Assembly: GCA_965112735.1 (NCBI GenBank)
Contig: OZ218963.1
Coordinates: 868,001 to 932,000, forward strand
DNA: 64,000 bases
Direction: 5' to 3'
Source of the DNA: Phaeosaccion multiseriatum
Lineage: Eukaryota > Protista > Ochrophyta, other classes
This document shows positions 52,596 through 64,000 of this stretch, one piece after another. Made by a program: the position numbers and the translations under genes. Below the pieces are notes generated by a model. It was not told the DNA's origin. It was given only the letters and a program-made list of their open reading frames with translations, and made no database searches. The stretch's first letter is position 1. Each line of letters starts with the position of its first letter.

Positions 52596-55575
52596 CTAGA
52601 TGACGATGCACTGCCCATCTTCCTCGCCAGAGGAAGTCCCTCTCCCACTTCCTCTCCCAGTCCCCTGCCGTTGCCTCAGCATGCCCAGAATATGATTGAG
52701 TTGCCCCTGCGCCGTGGGGAAGCTCATTCCACACGTCGGGAGGCGAATGGCGAGCATGGCCGTCATCACCTCCTCCGATGCCGCATAGCCTGCCAGGCGA
52801 TTGCCCCTCTTGAGCAGAGATGTGCGGTCCATCTTGAGCATGACCGGCTCCAGCACCTCCAGCAGGGCAAGAGCCACACGCAGGGGGGCGTCCTCGAGCA
52901 CCAGAGATGCGTCAATCACCGCGGCGGCGAGAGGGAGGGAGGTGGCTTTACAGAAGAGACACATGAACCACTCCGTGGCAAAGTACGACAGGGGCACCTG
53001 TGGTGTGGTGATGGGAGTAGCGGCCGCGAGCAGAACGACCAAGAGGTATTTACAAGAGAAGAGGCCAAGCAGAGGACAGCAAAGCAAAGTGTCACATGAT
53101 GGATGGCAGCTGATGGCATGAAAGTGCCCACATATATATATATATATATATCCACACCCACCTGCTGGTCCTCCAAGTGGATGTGAAGCAGGGGCAGGTG
53201 GACTCGCACGCAGCCTTCAAGTGTCTCCAACAGGAGGTGCAGCACAGAGGCTCCCTTTTGCCCCCCAGATGGAGGTGAGGCAGAGGCGCCGGCCTCGTTG
53301 GGTCTCCGGCTGCCCCACTGTTGCTTGTTGTCCATTCCTCTTCGTGGCAGAATGGCTTTGAACAACGGCTGCTCTATAATTTGAGTCAAAATTGCGCATG
53401 CAGAGGGCTCGTCGGGCTCCTAAAGCGTCATCGGAGGGGGAAGAGCAGGAGGAACAAACAACAAGACAAGTTATATACGGGTTGAGAGGCAGACGGACAA
53501 GCCTACAAGGCTTACTTACTCTTACTCTTGTGTGGCGTACTCTGACCTACCTGCATGAGCACGATGGCGGCAATGTAGGTAATTCCCTGTGCGTACTGCA
53601 GCCCGGCGTCAATCAGCGCCGTGTTGGCCACGCGGTACAGGCTCGCGTGATGGTCCTGTCCCACCACTACACGGCAGCCCAGAGTCCGCTTCACATCCCT
53701 CTCGAGGAGGGTGGAGGACGGCTCTATCCTCACGCCCTTGAAGGCCGCGTACTTGCCCCTCATCTTCTGCTGCCGAGTGGCGGGCAGGAGATATACCAGC
53801 GACGAGCACGCCGTGGACGAGGAGGAAACTCGTGCTGGCTGCCGAGCCGTTACTCTGCCACTACCACTTGCCAATGCCGCCCCGTTTGCCGCCTCCTCCG
53901 GGGACAGCGCCAGCTCTTGGATGGGCCCGCTGCCGCCCGGCCTGCTGCTCCACTCCACCGTGGCCAGCCTTGCCATGGCTTTGAAGTCTGAATCGCGGCC
54001 CGTGTGTGGCTGCTGGCGAGCCACTGCATCCATCATGCTTTCCCAAAAGCCCGTCCGGTCAAAGAGCTTTGTGTGGGTCGGCGCGAGACCCAGGTAAGGG
54101 ATGGCAGCTCGCTGGGCGTACAGGGGGAAGATGCTACAGTGCTCAATACCCTCCGCACAACAACACCCCTCGCCCAATGGAAGCACAATTCTCTTTGCCG
54201 CCTTCCCTCTTTGGGTGGGGTCAGCGGATTCGTCGTCCTCCTCCTCCCCTTCCTCCCCTTCCTCCCCGTTCCCGTCCGTCTCACTGGGCACCCTTCCGCA
54301 GCACGTGTGGCAGGCAAAAGTGAGGCGACATGGCTCTTGATAGCGCGTCTCGTCAAGCGCCTCTGCCAGCAGGTCCATGGCCTCGAGCAAGGGCACGTTT
54401 GTCACCTCTCGGCCGCGCACGGAGGTCAGGATGAAGCCTGGCCTCAGACAGTCGGTCCCTGTAATTCCATGCTCCTCTTCCGGTATCGCGCCTTGTCTAC
54501 TACTGCCGCCATTCCTCTCCCGCCGCTGCTGCTTTGGGTCCACGCTGCTACGGGTCGCGCGGGATAGGGATGACCCTCTTCTATGCACGCCACCGCTACC
54601 TGACCTCTCCATTGAGTATGTGTTTTCTTGCCCGGCCTCTGCGGGCCCACCAGACGAGCCCGCTGCCGCACTCCCTCTGGTGTTGTGCTTCTTTACAAAG
54701 CCAGCCTTAACGATGACGGCACACCTCCACGTCTTTGGGATGCTCTTTACTACGATGAGCCCCCCGCCCGTCTCTGTCGCGGCTCGCGATCCCCTGCTGT
54801 TGAGCTCGACTTCGTAACTCACCAGTCCACGCTTCTTGGCTCGGGCCGCGGCCGCATCTGCCACCTCACCGCCGCCACCGCCGGCGGTCTCGACGTCCCT
54901 CCTATTCCCAAGGTTGCTGCGGGCACTGCTGTTCCGTCTCCTCTTACTTCTCGTCCAGGACAGACTTTGCAGTCCGGCGCGTATGTTCGCCACCCCCGCC
55001 AGACTGCCATCTGTCCATGTCACGCTGACTACCCTCCTATTGTGACTGTACCTTGCCTCTAGCTCCAGTCCCTGCGAGCCCGCCAGCACCTCCACCTCCA
55101 AGCTATAGCAGTTGCAAGTTTCGGGTGGGGGGGGCGGAGGGGGGGGGGGGGGGGGGCAAGGGGCCACAGCTGCAGCAACAGTCCCTTCTACTTCTATAGG
55201 AGAGAGGCTGCGCTCAGTAGTACGCTTGAAGAAGCCCTGGAAACTATGCAAGACCTGGTTACTGCCACTGCCACTCCTTAGTCTCGCCCTCTCGGCCGAA
55301 ATTTCCGCTGAAAGCTTTCTTCCACCTTCACCGTAGGGGAAGTACATGTCTCCTCCGGATGAGTCGGATGATGGAGAAGACTCTTCCTCAACATCTCCCT
55401 CCATAGGGGCGGGGGATGCAGGAGAGCTCTCTCGGCTGCTCGGGCGCTCTTTCGTGGTGTTGTCGTCATCTCTCTCTTCTCCGGGCCCAAGAGCCAGAGC
55501 AGCTGCTAATTTCTCTGCCACACTTTCCGCTGCTAATATACTGTGTTTTCGATCTCTTTCGACTGTTGATGTCAT
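52596..55575 (-). CDS. Rab-GAP TBC-domain protein with degenerate PDZ-like N-terminal region and C-terminal CaaX box
   Basis: Three exons. LERDVKRT (Arg finger), YAQGITYIAA (Gln finger), HLEDQQ|VPLSYFATEWFMCLF and RVALALL; ends QCIVI*. The start codon is uncertain. Confidence 0.85.
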
Positions 55576-55745
55576 CGTGCACCGTAGAGTAGCCCCCGCA
55601 GACTCTTTAAATTCTATGTTCTCGCCGGGGGCTCCAAAGGTGCTAAGCGTGTTGGAATCCGTATGTTGACATTTTTTCTTTGTTCTCCCTCTCTCAACTG
55701 AAACTGGATTCTTGCGTTTGCCAAACAAGGGTACAAAGCCAAAAG

Positions 55746-55881
55746 CTATGGTATGGTTTCATACCGACTGCCCCCCCCGCCACCAGGTTGTTGCTCCTTG
55801 AAGAGCTTCATCACAAACACGACTCCGACGATGAGGCCGCCTCCTACGTACAGCAGATTGAGGAGGCTCACATGCTGCCGC

Positions 55882-55914
<33 letters not shown>

Positions 55915-58044
55915 CTCTTGACGGAATCTCCTGCTTTGCCTGCCCTTCCGCTGCCCGTCGGCCCCTCCGATGAGTCTGTCGCAGGCCGGACAGCACCATC
56001 ATCACTATCATCATCCTCCTCTTTTGCTTGCTCCTGCTGCTGCTGCTTCGAGTCAACTACGACATCGGCCATTCCCCATGGGGATGTTGTGCTACTAAAG
56101 TCGGGTGCGTCCGGCTCGGGGAACTGGTCGCACACCATGCTGAACAGCCCATCGGCCTCGTACAGATCAAGTTCGGACAGGTGCTGAGGAAACCAGCCTC
56201 GAGCGTGAGCAGCGAAGAAGTTCCATCGGGGCTCGGGCAGTTCGGTCTTAAAGTTCCAGAAGAAAAAGCCGCTGAGGGGAGGAGAGGAAAGGAGAGGAGA
56301 GAAGGAGGAGGTGAGGGACGGGGGGCTCAAGAGAAGCCTACAGGAGGGACTCTGCCCTCAGCAGCTTCGATTCTACCCACCTTGCCACGCCGTGGATGGT
56401 AGCCAGCAGCGCCGTGTTGAGGGTTGTAATGAACACGTCTTGCTCGTACGTGTCGTGCATAGTGTCACTGGCGTCTTGCCCGGGGCGAGAGGTGGAGAAG
56501 TGAGAGTCGTCCTGCTCTGGGTACAGCCGCAACGGGGCGCTGCCACTACGGGACTTACTGCGGTGTATACCCTGTGTGGGACAAGTGCCATTCTCCACCA
56601 TGCTCTGGCCTGTACCGATGGGCGTCCACGCACGGACCCCGGGGTCAGGGGGCGCGTTGGGCTGATCGCTGCCCATGTAGGGATCTGGGCACTGGACTCT
56701 CTCGCACTCCACCTGGGGATACCCTCCAGCATTGTCCTGGAAGCCGTTGAGCCACATGGCGCAATTGTCCGTGGCGAGAGACCACTCTCCTACAAACAGA
56801 GGGATGGAGTCCTGCCGCACACGAGCCATCGGCCGCTTGTCGCAGGCGTTTCGAATGTACCACTCGGGCTTGCCTGCCATATCCCAAGCAAAGTAAATGT
56901 GCGTGTCCAGCACAACGTCTTCACAGCCTTGGAAGGAGTATCGCCACAGGGGATGCAGCGCTCGGAAGGAGTCATGCAGCACCCATATCCAGTTGCTCTC
57001 CCCGCCGCTGCCGTTGAGAGACCCGCCCCCCTTGACCCCCTTCTTGAGTATGGCGTACCCCAACCAGTTGTACATACCCAGGGCATTGGGCGGGGTCTTG
57101 TCCCAGGGCTCGTTGACGCCCTGCAGACCCCACACACTCCCATGCTCCCCGTACAGCTCAGCGATGCGAGTCACTACCCGCAGCGAGTGGAGGAAGTTGT
57201 CAAAGTTGAAGGATGTATAATGCTGTGACCCGTGGTCGAAATCGCCCAGCCAGTGCGCCGATCTTAGGTCCCAGTGCACAAATTGCGCCGGAATCTCCTC
57301 CGTGGCATTGACCCACAGCACGTCCTGCGTCTTACCGCTGCTGTCTAGGCCATTCTGGCTGTCCTTGATGGCGTGGATGTCCAAGAGGACTCCGATGCCG
57401 TATTTCTCACAGTAGGACAGCAGCCGGTCGAGTTCGTCCAACGCGCCATCCATACACCCCACATAGGGTCCGTACGGCACAAACATCCAGTCCCCTACAG
57501 GCACTCGCAAGTCAGTGATGCCCACCTCGGCCAGCTGCGCAATGTCCTCTTCCAGCAACCAGCTGGCCCAGTGCCGCCGCATCTGCCGATTGCCCTCCTC
57601 GGGCCCCAGCACTTGACAAAAGGAGAACGGGTCCATCGCAATCTGCTCGGGGTCCGTCCTGCCCAAAAACTGGTAGTACAAGCTCGGATTGAGCCAAAGC
57701 TCCGGGACCAGCCATCCGCCTATGTTCACACCCTTGATCGTCCCATCCCGCGCCAGCCTCGCCCGTTCCGAGACTGAGCGCTTCTTGTTAATGTCGCACG
57801 TCCACAGCCCCTCCTTGGAGCGCAAATTGTCCCCCAGATCATTCACCTCTCCCGTGGTGGAGTTGAAAATGTCTTCATCGGCGAGCAGGATCCATGTCGT
57901 GAAGTCTGCTTCGTTTGCGAGCCCCGTCAGCTCCACAAGATCTCCCAGGCTTAGAGTGTTCAGGTCGACAAGGGGCTCGTTCTGCAGGGTGGCATCTATT
58001 CGCAACGCAGCTATTGCCAGCAGAAGCAGCAGCAGCATCATCAT
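55746..58044 (-). CDS. GH5 exo-beta-1,3-glucanase (glucan 1,3-beta-glucosidase), type I membrane protein
   Basis: Exons 58044-56381 and 56271-55746. Signal peptide, GVNIGGWLVPE, RVPVGDW, LDIHA, NEP (acid/base), FVGEWSLATDNC (nucleophile), GFFFWNFKTE, and a C-terminal TM helix. Confidence 0.93.
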
Positions 58045-58497
58045 TCTCCGTATCTTCTCGTGCCCGATCACAACCACTTCCCTTCGAGATTAATCACTCC
58101 ACCGTTGGTCATTACTATCGACCAACCCCTTCCCAACACCATCTCCCCTCTATCACCCTCCCCTATACCCTCCAAGCAGTAGTCGCCGCCGCAAGCAGAG
58201 AAAAAAATGGGGGGCCCAAAATAATCGACGAATCCAGTAGGCAGTTTCCGCTCGGTACTCAACCCCGGGGGGGCATGCAATTGGTCGGCCGCGCGAGCGG
58301 GGGAGCTAAAGCAGCGTCAAGAGCGTATCGCGGAAGCTACCCGCACCACTCTTAGTCATCGGATACTTGGCTAGGCGAAGCGCCACCGCCAGTGCATCCC
58401 CTGCCAGCAGCAGCGCGAGCAGGACCCAGAAGATTCTTTAGGGAAGGCTAGGCGAGGTCGGCGACGGGCGACAAAAGGAAAGAGGGCGCAGGGTCCC

Positions 58498-60992
58498 ATG
58501 GCGGATTTTGTGGGGAGTGGGAAGGATGATGCGGCGGAGGTGTCACCACCAGCAGCAGCAGCAGCGGTGGCGGCAGCAGTGGGAGAGGAAGCAGTAGGAG
58601 TGGAGGCAGCAGGAGCAGCTGGAGAGGAGGAGGATATTGTAATAGAGGCGAGTGACTTCCCTGGAGTCTCGCGAGGCTTTCATGGCCCCCACCTGACGTC
58701 GGCTTGCCGCATTTTCCTTCCGTCCTGCATGCCATTGGTCTGTGTGTTTTGGTTGCTGTTCCCGACTCAAGCCGGAGAGAAATAGGGCCGCCCTGCTTAC
58801 TCTTTTGCATTGCTCTTGCTTTCTTGCCCCCCCCCCCCCACCGCAGCCCACCGCTAGTCGGAACTCTGAGTTTGGGGTAAAGCAGACACACTTGGCTGTG
58901 CAAAGTTTAGATGCTCTGGACCCAGCTGCGCTGACACCGCTCACGCCAGAGGTTATTAGCAGGCAAGCCACCATCAACATTGGCACCATTGGACATGTGG
59001 CCCACGGAAAGTCCACTGTCGTCAAGTCAATATCAGGAGTGCAGGTGAGGCTGGAATGAACTCGCTTGGATGGTTGGCGGATCTCTCTCGTCTGTGTTGT
59101 TCTCTGGTCGCACCACACCACATTTACGCGTATGCACCCACCGCGCCTTTCCCTGTTGCCCCTGACTGGTACTCTTCAAGACGGTTCGCTTCAAGAGTGA
59201 GCTGGTACGAAACATTACCATTAAATTAGGATATGCAAACGCCAAAATCTACAAGGCGGTGGATGCGGAAGCGGGCGTCATGGGAAGCTATTGCAGCAAG
59301 GGTAGTGCGCACGCTGACGAGTTTCAGGAGGACGGCAAGTCGTGGGCGTTGCAACGGCATGTGTCGTTTGTGGACTGCCCGGGGCACGACATTCTCATGG
59401 CTACCATGCTTAACGGCGCGGCGGTTATGGACGCAGCCCTACTCCTGGTGGCGGGCAATGAGACGTGTCCGCAGCCGCAGACCAGTGAGCACTTGGCTGC
59501 CGTGGAGATTATGCGCCTCAAGAATATCATCATCCTGCAAAACAAGGTGGATTTGGTGAAGCAGGACCAGGCCATGGTGCAGTTTGAGCAGATTAAGAAG
59601 TTTGTGTCGGGCACTGTGGCAGACAAGGCTCCCATCATCCCCATCTCCGCCGTGCTGCGGTACAACCTCGATGTGGTGTGCGAGTACATTGTGCACAACA
59701 TTCCCATTCCAGTCAGGGACTTCACCAGCAAGCCGCGGCTCATCGTCATCCGGTCTTTCGACGTGAATAGACCAGGTGTGTGGTCGTGTCGGTCGAGGGC
59801 GGCGGGGAGGAGGGGTAGCGTGGGGCAGGTCGGCGGCTGCGGCTGCGCGAGATATCCAGAATCACATGCCCTCTCTCCGTAGACAGACAGCAGCTCAGCT
59901 GCGTGCTCTTTTGTGTTCGTTGTGTGTACGCAGGCGAGGACGCGGATAAGGTCAAGGGCGGAGTGGCGGGAGGGTCCATTCTGCAGGGGGTCCTGCGCGT
60001 GGGGGACGAGATCGAGGTGAGGAGGAGGAGACGTGTCTCTTGCGTTGTCTTGTCTTGTCTTGTCTTTGTCTTGTTCAGTGCACTCCGTACTTGGCCCCCT
60101 CTTGTGGGGCCGTATAGTAAACAAGCTGTGACTTGGGCGAGAGAGGCGGCGTAACGTGACACACGTCTGTGCTCTGTTGTGGCAGGTCCGGCCGGGCATC
60201 GTGACCAAGGACGACGAAGGGAACGTCAAGTGCTCGCCTATCTTCAGCCGTATCATCTCTCTGTACGCGGAGCACAATGATTTGCAGTACGCCGTGCCGG
60301 GAGGGCTCATCGGAGTGGGCACCAAGGTTGACCCAACTCTCACCCGAGCAGACAGACTCGTCGGACAGGTCCGTCAATCAGGAGACGGTGTTGGCCGCTG
60401 GAATAGAGGCTTTGGGCCCTTGAGGGTTGGGCTTGCTTGCTCCTGAGCTGCGCTCGTGCTGTTGTTTCGGACTGTCCCTGACTCGGTCTGTCTCTGTTGC
60501 CTCTTTGGCCTCAGGTGCTCGGCTTGCGGGGTCACCTCCCTGACGTGTATACCGAGGTGGAGATTTCCTTTTACCTGCTGCGACGATTGCTTGGTGTCAA
60601 GACCCAGGAAGGGGGCAAGCAGGCCAAGGTGCAGAAGCTCCAGAAGCAAGAGATTCTCATGGTCAACATTGGGTCCACTGCCAGCGGCGGAAAGGTGAGA
60701 GGTGGCGAGAGAAGGGCAGGCTGAAAGTTAGGGAGGAAGGTGTGCTTGCTTGCCCTTGGGAGGGAGGGAGGGAGGCGTTTTCCTTTTCTCACATGCAATC
60801 TTGTTCCGGAAACTTGCTCAGGTCCTGGCGGTGAAACAAGATCTCGCCAAGGTGCTGCTCACTCAGCCCGTGTGCACCATGGAGGGGGAGAAGATTGCTC
60901 TCTCTCGCCGAGTCGACAAGCACTGGCGGCTCATCGGCTGGGGGCAGATCCGAAGGGGTGTCAGGATTAACATTGATGAGGAGCAGAAGTAG
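58498..60992 (+). CDS. EIF2S3: Eukaryotic translation initiation factor 2 subunit gamma
   Basis: Exons 58498-58647, 58847 (or 58886)-59044, 59181-59775, 59934-60016, 60186-60368, 60515-60694 and 60822-60992. Motifs [45 protein letters not shown] and KHWRLIGWG. Confidence 0.97.
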
Positions 60993-61213
60993 AGAAGGTC
61001 CATGCGAAAGCGCTAACAAGAGGAGCCGGCGAAGGACGAGTCTTGGGGGCTGGGAGGTGCACTTTGTTGCGGGAGGCAGAGGCAGCAGCAGCGGCAGCGG
61101 CAGAGTGGGAGGCAAGAGGGGCTTGGGGTGGTTCAGCTTCCGTCTTGATTCATCTGACTGCCTAAAAGTAACAAAAACTTCATCATTCACGTCTCCACAA
61201 TAGCCGCGTGTGC

Positions 61214-61802
61214 ATGGCAGAAGTGTTGGGAGACGACCAGGAGAAGCGTTCTAATGAGGGAGGGGGTGAGGAGGGGCGCGGAGAGGGAAGCGCCGAAAAG
61301 GGAGAGCCGTGGAAGCTTTCTTTCTCAAAGCCCCGTCTTGTGAGGTTGGCTGCCAATACCTTTTCAGTACCAGTAGCAGCAGCACCTGATAGGCAGCAGG
61401 TGAGTCGATTATCGCGCAGCCTTGAACCTAGACTCTTGGCCCTGTCTTGTAAGACATTTAACCTTGTCTCTCTCTCTCTATTTCTCTCTCTCCCAGTCTC
61501 CCACAATCTCTCCTTCGCAACCTTTCTCTCCTCGCGCGAGCTCTCTCTCCCTCTTCCGTCCTGATCTTGGCTTCATCCTCTCCCCATCTCGCTCTCTCTC
61601 CCTCTCTCTCTCTTTCTCTCTCCTGGCAATGATCCCAGCGGACCCCCCTCAACAACTTCGTGAAGAGTATACAATTTTCGCCCGACGGGACTTGCCTGCT
61701 ATCCGCCAGTGAAGATACCGTCCTCAATGTATTTGAAGTGAGCGAAGACCGGTAAGCTTGGCATATGGCAGGAAGCAAGCAGGCAAAGTTACTTCATTCA
61801 TG

Positions 61803-61869
<67 letters not shown>

Positions 61870-63188
61870 TTATCACTACCCAAGGGATGCGAGCACCAGC
61901 ACGTCAGCGCAGCAAGACTGGAAGCCTTGCCTAAGGTCTGTAGAGGGTGAGTCCATATACGATGCTTGCTGGTACCCGCACATGGACTCCCGGGAGCCTG
62001 TGAGCTGCGTATACTTGAGCTCCAGCAGGGATCACCCTCTGCATTTGTGGGATGCCTTTACCGGGTCACTACGGGCCAGCTACAGGGCCTATGACCACAT
62101 GGACGAGATTGCAACAGCCACTGCAGTGGCCTTCAACTGCACCGGGACCAAGATATACGCCGGTCAGTGCGTGCTGTAGAGGGGAGAGGGGATTTCGCAA
62201 GGCGCTGAACAGATTTGTCACACATAACGTAACTCTTGTCATCCCAAACAGGCTACGACCGCATGATCCGTGTGTTCGATACCGACCAGCCCGGTCGAGC
62301 CTTCGAATCTCGCCCCACGTGCAAGACGCGAAGGAGCAGAGACGGACAAAAGGGGCTCGTGTCGGCGTTGGCGTTCTCCCCCGACGGCTCCGGCCTCTTC
62401 GCAGCGGGGTCGTACGCGGGCAGCATCTTTCTGTACGACGAGCGGAGGTGAGGGTGAGGGAGGGCAGAGCGGGGGGGCAGAGCGGGAAGAGTTGAGACTT
62501 GCAATGCTCACATGGCATCATATCCCCTTCTTCCCCCCCCCCCCCCCATATCTGCTTGCAGCTCTGCAGCTCACATGGTATCATATCCCCTTCTTCCCCC
62601 CCCCCCAGTCCAAGGAGGGCTGTGGCAGAGCTGCAAGCAGATATGGGGGGCACGACGCACTTGAAGTTCCACCCGTCGGGCGGTCACCTCTTTAGCGGAG
62701 CGAGGAGGGATGGGGGCATTTTGTGCTGGGACGTGCGTCAGACGGCTGAAGCAGCGGACAGGTACTGCAGACCGGGGAATACCAATCAGAGAATCACCTT
62801 CGACGTTGATCCCAGCGGAAGGCACCTGGCCACTGGGTCGAGTGAAGGACGCGCGGCCGTCTTTGATCTGCAGGCCCACTTCGAGCGCAGCAGCAACAAG
62901 AGCGAGCAGCGCCATGACGGGAACGGCGTTGGTAGCGCAGAAGCCAGTCCACAGGCCGGGGTGTGGCTGCGTGGCTTTCCCGACGCCGTCAACGGGACCG
63001 CCTTCCACCCCCACCAGCCGCGCCTCGCCTTTAGCACGGGGCAGCGCCACTTCTCGCTGGAGGAGCAAGAACAACAACGTGATGATGTGTTGGACGCTGA
63101 CTTTGGCCAAGTAGATGTGTCCGCCGCGTTCCCCCACGGAATGAAGCAACAGAACGTCATTGCACTCTTCGACCTTGGCGTCTCCTGA
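61214..63188 (+). CDS. WRAP53: Telomerase Cajal body protein 1 (TCAB1/WRAP53/WDR79), WD40 protein
   Basis: Exons 61214-61399, 61639-61751, 61885-62162, 62252-62447 and 62609-63188. Motifs NNFVKSIQFSPDGTCLL, EGESIYDACWYPHM, RDHPLHLWDAFTGSLRASY..YDHMDE, RVFDTDQPGR, TNQRITFD and TGQRHF. Confidence 0.93.
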
Positions 63189-63320
63189 AAACCGCTGTCT
63201 CTATTTCGACTTTTGAACAGTGTCCGAAAGTGACGACGACACTGACCCCCCCACGGCGCTACCCACACTTGCACACCTTCCTACGGGGTGGGAGGTCTGC
63301 TCAGCTTCCGAGGGTTTGTC

Positions 63321-63392
63321 AGACCGACCGACCGACCGACCGACCGACCGACCGACCGACCGACCGACCGACCGACCGACCGACCGACCGAC
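63321..63392. repeat. (CCGA)n microsatellite
   Basis: Seen directly. Confidence 0.95.
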
Positions 63393-64000
63393 ACCGACGG
63401 ATTCTTGAGGGCTGCTGCTGTCCCTCGTCACACGGGCTGCTACGAGGGAGCGTGCCCAGCGACCGGAGCCTCCTTCCTTGATGCGGACGATCCTCGAGCG
63501 GTTGGGTGTACGGTCCAAGCTCCCAGTCTCTTTCTCCAATGGTATCAAACATGTACCTCTGACGTGAAGTCATGTACCGCCCCCGCTGGTGTGATGGGAT
63601 CCTCTACTGGGGTTGGAGAGAACAGGCAGCGACCACTTCAGCACCTCATGGAGGAGGCCCCAATCGATAGCCGAGGCGGCGCGGAGGCGGCGCAGAGGAG
63701 GAGCGCCGTTGGCCCGGGGGGGCAGCTGCGAGCGATGATAAGAATAAGAGGGACTCGCGGCGTGGGGCTGCTAAAAAGGAATGCATGCATGTCTCTTTTA
63801 TATTGCTTATATTAAGATGCTTCCTGTTTTAATCAATTAATTAAAATAAAAGACTGGAAAGAAAGTTCAAGTTGAAAAATGTGATGTGCGAACAAGCGGA
63901 ATGTGCGTAAATCAAAGGGGGGCTAATGGGGCAACCCTTTCGTAAATAAATAAATGACTCCAAAAGAAATTCTAAACCTCTCTCTCTTACGGTAAATAAT

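Noticed and set aside
56311-60343. Antisense ORFs over GH5 (56311-57228) and eIF2-gamma (59324-60343)
   Set aside because: Expected shadows of GC-rich coding sequence, with no motifs of their own.
63201-63815. Short ORFs after TCAB1
   Set aside because: Partly driven by the (CCGA)n repeat, and I could not build a coherent spliced model.

Overview
Intron-rich, GC-rich eukaryotic nuclear DNA. It is most likely from a photosynthetic stramenopile (ochrophyte alga); this is inferred from stramenopile-type gene families and signal-peptide-plus-Phe plastid presequences. I assembled about 18 protein-coding loci by hand from GT-AG exons. They include a Crypton(S)-like tyrosine recombinase at the left edge (1-nt frameshift, runs off the window), a stramenopile 'LRRGKWT' Myb-like protein, ICMT/STE14, a 14-kb patatin phospholipase (PNPLA8-like), an SNAPC1-like protein with a very long repeat tail, a START lipid-transfer protein, a zinc-ribbon plus TAZ protein, a PILS/auxin-efflux-carrier-family transporter, snurportin-1, a TBC RabGAP ending in a CaaX box, a GH5 exo-beta-1,3-glucanase, eIF2-gamma, TCAB1/WRAP53 and several hypothetical proteins. 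Introns are swollen with micro- and minisatellites while intergenic gaps are short, and the first 15 genes alternate strand without exception. The most unusual signal is a dispersed motif, (CA)GTTGGTGATACA. It occurs exactly 6 times plus several near-matches, on both strands, usually inside CAG runs and in three different reading frames of unrelated genes. I recognised no rRNA, tRNA or CRISPR array. Exon coordinates are manual and unverified.
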